Below, piece after piece: positions 9,801 to 19,126 of a DNA stretch of 64,000 nt; the first letter of the stretch is position 1, and each line of letters starts with the position of its first letter. The stretch spans positions 11,016-75,015 of the forward strand of contig JACPFN010000008.1 in NCBI GenBank assembly GCA_016183005.1, read 5' to 3'. The stretch is from Candidatus Babelota bacterium (GTDB taxonomy: Bacteria > Babelota > Babeliae > Babelales > Chromulinivoraceae). Made by a program: the position numbers and the translations under genes. Under the pieces are notes generated by a model. It worked only from the letters and a program-made list of their open reading frames with translations. It was not told the DNA's origin and did not search any database.

Positions 9801-10376
9801 TTAGAATGGCAACTCTTCTTCAAACGGTGGCTCATCTTTAAATTCAGGAACTATTTGAGTTTCGCCAAGCTCTTTTTTACTGCCAACAGCTACTTTTTTT
9901 GCAGCTTGTTTTTTAGCAACTGCTTGCTCAATCTTTGCAAACTCTGGAGTGTTTTGAGTTGTATATGACGCAGCTGACATAGATGACTGCATAGAATCAT
10001 GCATATCACCACCAACATTATCGGTAGCATCAAGACCAGCCTGCGAGTTATTTGCTAAAAACACCACGCGATCAGCCGCAATACTATGCTTACTTCTATT
10101 TGCACCCTGAGCATCTTGCCAAGTATCAAGCTTTAAGCGTCCTTCAACTAAAACAGCTCTTCCCTTAGCCAAATACTGGCGACAAGTTTCAGCTTGAGGA
10201 CCCCAAACATCTACATCTACATAACAAACTTCTTGTACAAGCATCCCCGTTTGGCGATTTTTAAATGATCTATTGGAAGCAATTGATAAGCGGCATACTT
10301 GGCCGTTACCCAACTGTTTATAGTCAGGATCTTTTGTTAAATTTCCCACCATTATAATTCTATTGTATCCAGCCAT
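9801..10376 (-). CDS. ssb: single-stranded DNA-binding protein
   Basis: MAGYNRIIMVGNLTKDPDYK OB-fold N-terminus, a disordered middle, and an acidic C-terminal tip EEELPF (compare DDDIPF). Confidence 0.9.
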   Translation of the reverse strand: MAGYNRIIMVGNLTKDPDYKQLGNGQVCRLSIASNRSFKNRQTGMLVQEVCYVDVDVWGPQAETCRQYLAKGRAVLVEGRLKLDTWQDAQGANRSKHSIAADRVVFLANNSQAGLDATDNVGGDMHDSMQSSMSAASYTTQNTPEFAKIEQAVAKKQAAKKVAVGSKKELGETQIVPEFKDEPPFEEELPF

Positions 10377-10533
10377 GACTGTGTTCCTTGAAAAAAAAAT
10401 CGATTAATTTAGTACTTTGTATACCATACGTTTTTTTAGCAATTCTGTACAGTTGCTACAAAAAAATTAATTTTTAAAATATTGTTTTTTTTCTTTGAAA
10501 GATTTTATCTTAATAAAAAAAAGGAGATTAAAA

Positions 10534-10911
10534 ATGACTCATCAAAAACCAAGCAACCTTTCACAGGCACATACTATTAGCGCACAAGAGCTTAAAAATA
10601 AGCTGGATACTCAACCAGATATGATTGTAATAAATGTTTTAAATCAAGAAACCTATGTCGACTGCCACATTACTGGATCAATTAATATCCCACTCAACCA
10701 ACTATTAGAAACCATTGCAAGCTGGGACAAAGATAAAGATATCGTTGTTTACTGTGCACAAAATAGTTGCAACGCTAGCGACAAAGCGTTGCAATTATTA
10801 CAAGAAATGGGTTTTTTACATGTATTTTTATATCAAGGCGGAATGAAGGATTGGTTCAAAAAAAACTTTGATACCACAGGAACCTGCACTATGAAATATT
10901 TACATGAATAG
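10534..10911 (+). CDS. rhodanese-domain protein (cytoplasmic paralog)
   Basis: ATG 10534 is preceded by aaggag (the track ORF begins earlier at 10495). VVYCAQNSCNASDKALQLLQEMGF..YQGGMKDW rhodanese active-site region. Confidence 0.78.
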   Translation: MTHQKPSNLSQAHTISAQELKNKLDTQPDMIVINVLNQETYVDCHITGSINIPLNQLLETIASWDKDKDIVVYCAQNSCNASDKALQLLQEMGFLHVFLYQGGMKDWFKKNFDTTGTCTMKYLHE

Positions 10912-10949
10912 GCGTATATTTATTAAATATGCAAATTAATCCTCAATGA

Positions 10950-11483
10950 CTAAAGATTACATACAATTTTAGCATACCTTACCAATAACCATACAGAAAG
11001 CAGTAAATTACCAATCAGCAATACTGAAAAAAATCGAAAACCAACTTCACCAAAAAGAATTAAACTAATAAATAAAAATAATATCAGAAATATCTCTGCT
11101 AGACTTGCAGCACGGGACAATCTACTTGGCTGAATAAAAAAATTATATCGCAGCTTCAAAAATGCACCACCCGAAAGTAAAATTACTTCTTTGAAGAGCA
11201 AACATAGAACTAAAATCTCGTGCCATAGACCAGCCGCAACACTCATCAAAAGAGCGTACAGAGTAGCCATAATCAAGCATTTGTCGGCAACTGGATCCAA
11301 AAGTTGTCCTAAATCACTTTGCTGCTGAAATCGACGAGCAACAAATCCATCAACCAGATCTGTCAGCGCTGCGATAACAAATAGAATAAGAGCAATATCC
11401 CACTGCCCTTGGCGAATATACCATACAACTACGGGAGTAAAAACTATACGAACCATTGTAATGCAAGATGCAATCGTTAACAT
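10950..11483 (-). CDS. pgsA: CDP-alcohol phosphatidyltransferase (PgsA-like)
   Basis: D-x2-DG-x2-AR...G-x3-D-x3-D motif seen as DLVDGFVARRFQQQSDLGQLLDPVADK. Multi-TM protein. ATG 11483 (MLTIASCITMVRIVFTP) is preferred over TTG 11528. Confidence 0.8.
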   Translation of the reverse strand: MLTIASCITMVRIVFTPVVVWYIRQGQWDIALILFVIAALTDLVDGFVARRFQQQSDLGQLLDPVADKCLIMATLYALLMSVAAGLWHEILVLCLLFKEVILLSGGAFLKLRYNFFIQPSRLSRAASLAEIFLILFLFISLILFGEVGFRFFSVLLIGNLLLSVWLLVRYAKIVCNL

Positions 11484-11756
11484 AAATATTCCAAAATAAT
11501 TTATAAATATCACATAAAGTATGGCCAAGGCCTAAAAACTTGTGATATTCAAGTAAAGTAGAATAAATTATAAGACAAGATGCATGATATGACAACATAG
11601 ATTAACCAAAGAGCTTTTAACTAAGATTAAAAACTGATGACAGAAAAATCTTGCAGATCTAGCTAAAACACCAAAAAAACTAACCATAATCTTCTTGGTT
11701 CGAATACTTTACCCATAGTTTAAAAATATAAGAAAAAACAAAAGAGAGCAAAAAAT

Positions 11757-11788
11757 AAAGGGCCATGGAAAAATCTCCAAAGCCCTTT
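11757..11788 (-). terminator. hairpin downstream of the 11813-12328 gene
   Basis: aaagggc / gcccttt stem with an 18-nt loop, followed on the minus strand by a T-rich run. Confidence 0.4.
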
Positions 11789-11812
11789 TATAATTATAAA
11801 TTATAATGATAC

Positions 11813-12328
11813 TTATTTCTTGCTAGAAAATGCATCAACTGCACGACGAGCAGCCTCAATAAGCACATATGTTGCTACTACTTTTGCTGCTAAAGGAACA
11901 ACCTTAACCGTTACTCCACCGTCTACACCAACTGTTGATAAATCGACTGAAACTTGAGTGTTTAATAACTTTCCAACAACTGAAGTAGGTGCTACTGTTG
12001 TATCTACAGCAGTAGCCGCTCTATTCAAAGCTGCTTTTACCGGTGGCACGGTAGCTAAATCATTCACACTTAACGCATCTGCTTGATCTTTCAAAAAAGA
12101 ACGTCTTTGATTTTGCGCATATGCCACTAAATCTGTCTGATTACGATAAAATTCTATTGCTCTAGGGAATCTAATTAATTTGCTTGATGCATAATCAACT
12201 ACGGCAACCGCCCCAAGAAACTGCCCCTTTTCATTAAGTGGACACTGTTTTGATATCCAGCTTGATGCAAATACTGGAACTGCAAAAAAAGCTACAAAAA
12301 CTGCTAAAGATATATGATTTTTTACCAC
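11813..12328 (-). CDS. hypothetical secreted protein
   Basis: 171-aa ORF with GTG start, signal-like ISLAVFVAFFAVPVFASS and an Ala/Val-rich C-terminal half. Confidence 0.55.
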   Translation of the reverse strand: MVKNHISLAVFVAFFAVPVFASSWISKQCPLNEKGQFLGAVAVVDYASSKLIRFPRAIEFYRNQTDLVAYAQNQRRSFLKDQADALSVNDLATVPPVKAALNRAATAVDTTVAPTSVVGKLLNTQVSVDLSTVGVDGGVTVKVVPLAAKVVATYVLIEAARRAVDAFSSKK

Positions 12329-12562
12329 GATATGGACTCCTTATTATTTTTGCTTGAACATACTATAATGACTCATTTTTTATGTCATGCAATGTATCAT
12401 AATAATTAATTTTTTCAAAGACAAATTGCGACAAAAAATTTATCTGGATTTTAGATTACAACGAAGCAAACAACTATTCACGCAACAAAACTATTGCATT
12501 TTATCTATAAAATATGAAAAAATAAAATTGTAGTTTAATTTTTATTTAAAAAAAGGGTTGGT

Positions 12563-13693
12563 ATGCATAAAATTTCTAAAAAAATTCTTTTAATGTCCAT
12601 AGTAACACTCTGCTGGTCACAGGTTGAATTCATTTATGCAGGAGGTGATGATGCGACTGAAATAACTAGACAAACGGACGACAATCCAGAACCAAAAGCA
12701 AAACGACAAGATGAAGAACGCAATGCTTTTCTTAAAAGCATGGTAACATTTCGTGAAAATTTAAAAGAAATGGGCAATAAAGCTGTAGAACATGCTAAAA
12801 ATAAAATCAAAAGTACTTTCGAATCTGTTAGAGCTAAATTCTCTACACCAAAACAAGAAAAATCAATAAGTTCAGAACAGACACAAAAAATAGACGATGA
12901 TCGAAAAGCTCAAGAAGAAGCTCAAAAAAAAGCTAGTAACCTAGTAAATAAAATTGATTTAACAAAAAATATAAATAAACAAGAAGCTGATATAACCAAT
13001 GGACTAAATACAATAACTGATAAAAGTTTTATAACCAATCCCTTACAAGAAAAAATAAATTTATTGGATTCTGAGAAATTTCTTACACTCGATCCTTCGT
13101 ATATTAAATATATAAGCACCGATAAATTATCTAAGTTTAAAGAGATTAATTATCTATCACCAGGCCAATTCGAAGCCTTAACCCCTGAACAATTAAATGC
13201 TTTAACGCCTGAAGTAATGTTAAAATTATCACCTAAAAAATTTAATGAATTAAGCGCAAACAACATTAAATCGATATTAGCAAAACCTACTCTCATAAAA
13301 GATTTAACACCTGAGCAAATACAAGCCCTAAATCCTGATGCTCTTGCAGCTGCAATCAAAGGTGAAAATTCATGGTTAGGAAAAAAATGGTTAGGAAAAA
13401 ACCCACTTCCTCAAGAATTTATTGATGCATTAACTCCTGAACAAGCAATTGAAATTCTAAATACAAGAAGCTTTAAAAGTGATCATAAATTCTACTTCAC
13501 TGACGCGCAACTCAATCATCTGCTTGTAGATAAGCTTAGCAATGAAATTAAAAGATTAAAACAAGAATTAACTAAAGAAAAAGAAGCCCGTATGTTAGAA
13601 ATGACATCAAGAGCATACGATACTTTTAAAAGAACTGGCTTTGGGCTCAGGAAACCTACCTCACAAGAAAGTAAATCAACCAGAAAGAAATAA
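12563..13693 (+). CDS. secreted repeat protein (8-residue L[ST]PEQ-type repeats)
   Basis: Signal MHKISKKILLMSIVTLCWSQVEFIYA. Run of octads LSPGQFEA LTPEQLNA LTPEVMLK LSPKKFNE LSANNIKS ... LTPEQIQA LNPDALAA ... LTPEQAIE. Confidence 0.7.
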   Translation: MHKISKKILLMSIVTLCWSQVEFIYAGGDDATEITRQTDDNPEPKAKRQDEERNAFLKSMVTFRENLKEMGNKAVEHAKNKIKSTFESVRAKFSTPKQEKSISSEQTQKIDDDRKAQEEAQKKASNLVNKIDLTKNINKQEADITNGLNTITDKSFITNPLQEKINLLDSEKFLTLDPSYIKYISTDKLSKFKEINYLSPGQFEALTPEQLNALTPEVMLKLSPKKFNELSANNIKSILAKPTLIKDLTPEQIQALNPDALAAAIKGENSWLGKKWLGKNPLPQEFIDALTPEQAIEILNTRSFKSDHKFYFTDAQLNHLLVDKLSNEIKRLKQELTKEKEARMLEMTSRAYDTFKRTGFGLRKPTSQESKSTRKK

Positions 13694-13812
13694 CCCCTGA
13701 TTCACCATCAACTCCAGGGGTTGGTTTAAAAGATGGAAATAAAGCAGGAGAAGATACTGAATCTTCTCCTGTCATAATTACACAAAAGGTTCATGTTCCT
13801 GACCATGAAACA

Positions 13813-14268
13813 ATGCAAAAATCTGCTCAATTACTGGTACAATTTCAATCACTTGCACATAATTATTATAAAAATATAGATACTTTAATTGATCAAGTAT
13901 CATCTTCAAACATAGATAACATTGCCCAACAAATTAGAAACGAAATTGGGAATATTAAGTTATTACAAAATTCTTATCTAATCGATGATAAAAACTTACT
14001 AGACGAAGACAAACATCAAATAAGCCAAAAAAAATTAACACACGAAACATTAAAATTATTACTCAAAAAAAAGGTAGATGCTCTTGAGAAAAATGATATA
14101 GCTAAAGCTCAAACAATTACCCAGCTTATACAAAAGTTATCTGAACAACTAAATGTAACCATTATAAATCAATCAAAATCTATAGATATATATCCTTATT
14201 CAAACACAACCGATCTCACACTTCCAGAAAAAAATGAACGCCATCAGAAAAGTCTTGCTAATCTATAA
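13813..14268 (+). CDS. hypothetical protein (possibly the 3' part of the preceding gene)
   Basis: 151-aa ORF. Its frame is already open from 13675, overlapping the last codons of the upstream gene. Confidence 0.45.
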   Translation: MQKSAQLLVQFQSLAHNYYKNIDTLIDQVSSSNIDNIAQQIRNEIGNIKLLQNSYLIDDKNLLDEDKHQISQKKLTHETLKLLLKKKVDALEKNDIAKAQTITQLIQKLSEQLNVTIINQSKSIDIYPYSNTTDLTLPEKNERHQKSLANL

Positions 14269-14362
14269 TTTTTTTAAAAAAACAGACAAAACCCTTTATT
14301 TCATGTTGTTTTTTATGACATACTTAATTTAAATGAGCGTTAAATTTTTAATGGAGTTTTAT

Positions 14363-15217
14363 ATGAAAAATTTTATACAGTTTGGACTTATAACTACCTT
14401 AGTAATAACTATGCCTATATTAGGAGCAGAGGCTGAAAGTCAACACATAACTGAAGGTATACCTTTAGATTCCTTTACCTCAAACATACACCTTCTTACC
14501 CGAGAACAAAAAGCACATCTTTTACAAAATGAAAATACACAGCGAGAAGCAGACCTTTTAGCACAAAAGGAGCTAAAGGGTAGAGCGTGGGCATATGATT
14601 CAAGAACAAATCTCCCAGAAGAAAAATCACGGCCACTGCTCTATCAACAAGAATCTGAACCTTTAAGTTTGAAAAATTTAAGTAAAAAAATAAATGTTTT
14701 TTTTAGTGACCTATGGAATGGATTTTGGCTTAAAAGAACAGTAATAAAATTTTCAGAAAATAATGATGTGAGAAAAATAATTTTCAATGAAAAAGATAAA
14801 GAAGCATTCAAAAAATTAAGCAACAGTAAACAATTAGAAGTCATCAATCATTTTGTTAAAAAGGAAATAGAACGACGAGATGATCAAATTAAAGAATTAA
14901 CAAAGCTCAATAAAAGATATGCAGCGGAATTAATCGAAATAAATCATCATCTTACTCTTTTGGCAAAGAATATATCAATACGAACCACAGACACAATAAT
15001 CACAGGTTTTAATGAACGACTTAATAAATTCCGCACACAAATTAACCTATTATTAATAAACCCAAACAAACACCTTGAATATGACATAGCTACTAAAGAA
15101 TTTAAATTTCATGTAGGAGAAGATATATATAATCAACCAGTAACCAACAATATAGAAAAAAATTCAACCAATAATCCAAATGAATTAACAGTACCACCAA
15201 CACGTCCCACTAATTAA
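14363..15217 (+). CDS. hypothetical secreted protein
   Basis: ATG 14363 is preceded by ggag. Signal MKNFIQFGLITTLVITMPILGAEA, with a coiled-coil middle. Confidence 0.6.
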   Translation: MKNFIQFGLITTLVITMPILGAEAESQHITEGIPLDSFTSNIHLLTREQKAHLLQNENTQREADLLAQKELKGRAWAYDSRTNLPEEKSRPLLYQQESEPLSLKNLSKKINVFFSDLWNGFWLKRTVIKFSENNDVRKIIFNEKDKEAFKKLSNSKQLEVINHFVKKEIERRDDQIKELTKLNKRYAAELIEINHHLTLLAKNISIRTTDTIITGFNERLNKFRTQINLLLINPNKHLEYDIATKEFKFHVGEDIYNQPVTNNIEKNSTNNPNELTVPPTRPTN

Positions 15218-15613
15218 GAAATCATTCATCAATCAAAAGAATAAATCCATAATACCCTCTTCAATACCCTCTTCATAATTATTAAACGTATTTCAATTAT
15301 ATAATTTTACTCGATTCTATAACGAAAAAACCACTTCAACGGTTGAATTATTGGACACCTATAGAGTACTTAGATTATTGAGGGGTCAAAATAGCATGAT
15401 TTAATCTCATAGTATAGAACTAGGTCAATCTATTTCACTTGTAACCCCAAAGTATATACCAATGAATATATAGTTCCATTATATCGATTGAGAAATAATA
15501 AAAATAAAAAAAATAACCTGTTCAACAAATGGCAATTTTTTAATTTCAAGCTTAACTGTGTACATAAAGCTAAAAGTAAAGATTAATCCAAAAACAGTTG
15601 CATTAACTTTATT

Positions 15614-16726
15614 TTAAAATGCTTGATCTATCACGCCACCACCCAAACAAACATCGCCGTCATATAATACCGCAAACTGTCCTGCAGCAATTCCTTGACT
15701 GCTTTCTGCCTTAAGCATAATTTTAAGTTTAACATCAAGTGGCCCCACTTTACCTGAACCATTTTTAGAGTAGCTTTCAAGCGTAGACGGGTGTACTGCT
15801 GCTCCATGACGAAAACGTACGTCAAGCTCTGTTTTAAGGCACATGTACCCTTGGTTCCAGTTAAAGTTACTAACAATCATACCGTGTTTATGGACATCAA
15901 CATCCTGGTATCTATTAGAAATGTAGACAATGTTTTTTTCAACATCCTTTGAAACTACATACCATGGACCACCAGAAAGGCCAATTCCCTGACGTTGACC
16001 GATAGTGTAAAACCAAAACCCTTGGTGCGTGCCAAGTTTTTTGCCAGTTTCAAATTCTATAATATCTCCAGGCTTATTGCCTAAGTGTGCTTGTACAAAT
16101 TCTGAAAAATTAAATTTACCTAAAAAACAGATCCCCTGAGAGTCTTTACGCTTTGCTGTTGGCAAATGAAACTGCTCTGCCAAAGCACGCACCTGAGCCT
16201 TAGGTAAATGTCCAATCGGAAATAATGCCCGACGTAATTGGGCTTGAGAAAGATTAGAAAGAAAATAGGTCTGATCCTTTACAGGATCATTGCCCTTTTT
16301 CAAGATAGAGATATCCGGCCCGTGCTCTATTTGTGCATAGTGACCTGTTGCCACATAATCAAAAGAACTATCAATTACATCATAAAATGCACCAAATTTT
16401 ACAAACTGATTACATAAAATATCTGGATTAGGTGTTCTGCCCGCTTTAATCTCTTTGATTATGTAGCTAACGACACGATCATGATACATCTGTTGCATCG
16501 GTATCACCTGTACGGGAACATTCAGCTGTTTGCAAACAGCGGTAACATAATCAAGATCTTCCTGCCATGGGCAAGTACCCAAATAAGAAAGTTCATCTTC
16601 TAACCAAATTTTAAGATAAAATGCATGAAGATCATGCCCCTGCTGTTTAAGTAGTGCCAAAGTAACGGAACTATCAACACCGCCAGATACAAGAACTGCT
16701 ATTTTCTTTTTCATATTCATAATCAT
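15614..16726 (-). CDS. mnmA: tRNA-specific 2-thiouridylase MnmA
   Basis: PP-loop KKIAVLVSGGVDSSV, ATGHYA, DQTYFL and ICFLG motifs. 370 aa. Confidence 0.9.
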   Translation of the reverse strand: MIMNMKKKIAVLVSGGVDSSVTLALLKQQGHDLHAFYLKIWLEDELSYLGTCPWQEDLDYVTAVCKQLNVPVQVIPMQQMYHDRVVSYIIKEIKAGRTPNPDILCNQFVKFGAFYDVIDSSFDYVATGHYAQIEHGPDISILKKGNDPVKDQTYFLSNLSQAQLRRALFPIGHLPKAQVRALAEQFHLPTAKRKDSQGICFLGKFNFSEFVQAHLGNKPGDIIEFETGKKLGTHQGFWFYTIGQRQGIGLSGGPWYVVSKDVEKNIVYISNRYQDVDVHKHGMIVSNFNWNQGYMCLKTELDVRFRHGAAVHPSTLESYSKNGSGKVGPLDVKLKIMLKAESSQGIAAGQFAVLYDGDVCLGGGVIDQAF

Positions 16727-16990
16727 AATTTTTTATCAACAACCTATTAGTATCCTCGTCAACTGACACAAGAATTCAACAACATAAGACGGATGAAAGC
16801 AAAGGAAGTTTTTTCAATTATATTTCTTCAACTCAAAGCTGACATTATTTTAGTATAGCTTAAAAATTAGTTTTTAATATTTTCAAATATTTACCCAAAA
16901 CCAGTAATATAAACCTTGAAAAAAATAACCATTGATAATCAATACTCACTTGCAGTATGAAACATATATATTTAACAAAGGGGAAAATTT

Positions 16991-17791
16991 ATGGAATTAA
17001 CATACCTTAAAATACTTTGGCTCAAAATTATCACGTGTATCTGTATGACTAGAAATAATGAAATACAACAAGAAAATATACAACAAGAAAACAATCAAGA
17101 ATCAACAGCAGAACAAGAAGAAAAAAAACATTCTCAAAATCAAGAAATACCCAAAGATAATGCTACAAAAATGTTTAATGGCGCTCTTTCAACACCCGTG
17201 CAAGGTAAAATTTTTCAAGGAATCGAACAAGCAAATCATCTCATCATTGAAGGTGCACTAAAAAATGGTGCCAATATTAATACAGCTATAAATGGCCTTG
17301 ACCCCTTACAATATGCGATCAGAAATGGCAAAGATAATATCATAGAATTTTTAATCGAAAATGGAGCTATAGTTAAGCGACATCACATAGAATTAGCAGA
17401 AGGCTACCTCGTGATCTATTTTACAAACCTAAAAGAGAATGATATGGTTTTCTCCCAAAATAATGATACAACAACGGTCCTGTATCAAAATATGAATCGA
17501 TACCGAATAATAGCAGATCTTTTAAAACAGAAAATGCATAACCAACAACATCAACAAGAAAAAGAATTATTAGAAAAATATTTGCAACAACAAGAACAAC
17601 AAGAACAACAAGAACAACAAGAACAAGCAAACACATCTTCAACAGCAACTCAACCAACTCATAATAATGCAACGATAAGCCAACAGGCACGATTATCATT
17701 AAAATCTGCTGCAACAAACCTTACAAAGTTTTCTTCTGCATCTGCAACAAAATTACAAAATAGTACCGGTGATGACGACGACGATTTATAG
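16991..17791 (+). CDS. ankyrin-repeat protein with Q/E-rich low-complexity regions
   Basis: ALKNGANINTAINGLDPLQYAIRNGKDNIIEFLIENGA ankyrin units. QQQEQQEQQEQQEQ tract. Acidic C-terminus GDDDDDL. Confidence 0.72.
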   Translation: MELTYLKILWLKIITCICMTRNNEIQQENIQQENNQESTAEQEEKKHSQNQEIPKDNATKMFNGALSTPVQGKIFQGIEQANHLIIEGALKNGANINTAINGLDPLQYAIRNGKDNIIEFLIENGAIVKRHHIELAEGYLVIYFTNLKENDMVFSQNNDTTTVLYQNMNRYRIIADLLKQKMHNQQHQQEKELLEKYLQQQEQQEQQEQQEQANTSSTATQPTHNNATISQQARLSLKSAATNLTKFSSASATKLQNSTGDDDDDL

Positions 17792-17794
17792 AAT

Positions 17795-19108
17795 CTAGCT
17801 AGGATTAATTATCACCTCTCCACCTCGTCGTGTTAACAATGTGGAAACTTGATAATTTCTTAATTTATTAATATCGCCTCGTTCTTCTGTTAAATATCGT
17901 TGAAAATCTTGTTGATCTTTTCCAGTTAATAATTTTAGCATGCCAGATATACCCTCTATACTTATCTGTGTTTTTACCTCACTCGTTTTAGAGCCTTTAT
18001 ATAAACTCCAAAATTTGGATATTACATCTTGGGGTATACGATCTTTACTATGCTTACGTTCATCATTCTCGCCGCGAGTTTTTATAAATGACCAACCATG
18101 AGCTATAACATCCCACAATGTTCCAATTCCATGTGGTTCCCACTTTATAAAAACATAACCATTTTTACGCTGATCAAAAAGCAAATGCGGAGCATTTAAC
18201 GGCAATCCAAGCTCGCCATTTGACACATCAATATCAAGACCAATATTCTTGCCCTCAGTGCCTCCTTTAAAATGGCTCGATGTACGCTTATAAGCTTTAG
18301 TATTCCAAGATTTCCAAAATGATTCATAATTAGGATTAACAAGGCGTGCATAATTTTTAAGAAAATTAAATAAATTACCCTCACTATCTTTAAATGTTAT
18401 AGTACCACCTTCAAATGCTCGACGATCTTCAAGGATTGATAATTTATAAAAATACCACTGCAATTTAATAATAACTTTTTGATATGCTTGCATAAATTTT
18501 TTAAATATTTCAGAATCAAGGCCAGATGCTATACCCGTCTCAAAGGCTTTAATTAAATTTTGGTTATTTTCTGTATTATTAGGTAACAAAATATTTGGAA
18601 AAATTTGATTAAATATTTTATCGTTATTCCCAGCTGTATGCGAAATATTTTTTTTAAGAATTTCCCAAAGCATCTCACCTTCTTGCATATACTTTAAAGC
18701 TGTATCAATATTTTCAGGTTGTTTATTTTTTGGTAAACTTACTAATTGACTCTCAAGGAAATCTTCTTGATCTTTATCTTCTCTTCTTTCTTGTATTTCT
18801 TTATCTAAATCTAAATCATACATAGTATCTGACATAACAACTGGCTCTGGATTATCTTCTGGATTGGGCACCGTGCTTTTTTTGCTAAAAACATTTTTAC
18901 CCCACTTCACAGCTTTATCACGTAAATCTCTTAAGTGGTCTATCCAGGATTTATTCTGTGCTTCAATTTGTTTAATTTGTTCAATTTTATTTTTAAAATT
19001 TAAGTTATCAATATCCCTATGCAGACCCATATAGGCAGTTCCTTCAAAAGGAGAAAAAACTACTTTTGAAATCGAAACTAAAAAAAATAAAATATTTTTT
19101 TTCATCAT
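17795..19108 (-). CDS. hypothetical secreted protein
   Basis: 437-aa ORF with signal MMKKNILFFLVSISKVVFS. No family recognised. Confidence 0.6.
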   Translation of the reverse strand: MMKKNILFFLVSISKVVFSPFEGTAYMGLHRDIDNLNFKNKIEQIKQIEAQNKSWIDHLRDLRDKAVKWGKNVFSKKSTVPNPEDNPEPVVMSDTMYDLDLDKEIQERREDKDQEDFLESQLVSLPKNKQPENIDTALKYMQEGEMLWEILKKNISHTAGNNDKIFNQIFPNILLPNNTENNQNLIKAFETGIASGLDSEIFKKFMQAYQKVIIKLQWYFYKLSILEDRRAFEGGTITFKDSEGNLFNFLKNYARLVNPNYESFWKSWNTKAYKRTSSHFKGGTEGKNIGLDIDVSNGELGLPLNAPHLLFDQRKNGYVFIKWEPHGIGTLWDVIAHGWSFIKTRGENDERKHSKDRIPQDVISKFWSLYKGSKTSEVKTQISIEGISGMLKLLTGKDQQDFQRYLTEERGDINKLRNYQVSTLLTRRGGEVIINPS

Positions 19109-19126
19109 TACTCATTCTTTTTCAAG

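Noticed and set aside
11350-11598. 82-aa minus-strand ORF overlapping the 5' end of pgsA
   Set aside because: It is out of frame with the motif-bearing pgsA ORF, its translation has no features, and the overlap makes it unlikely to be real.
11690-11715. tRNA-like T-loop sequence ggttcgaat
   Set aside because: No complementary T-stem, acceptor stem or anticodon arm can be drawn around it.
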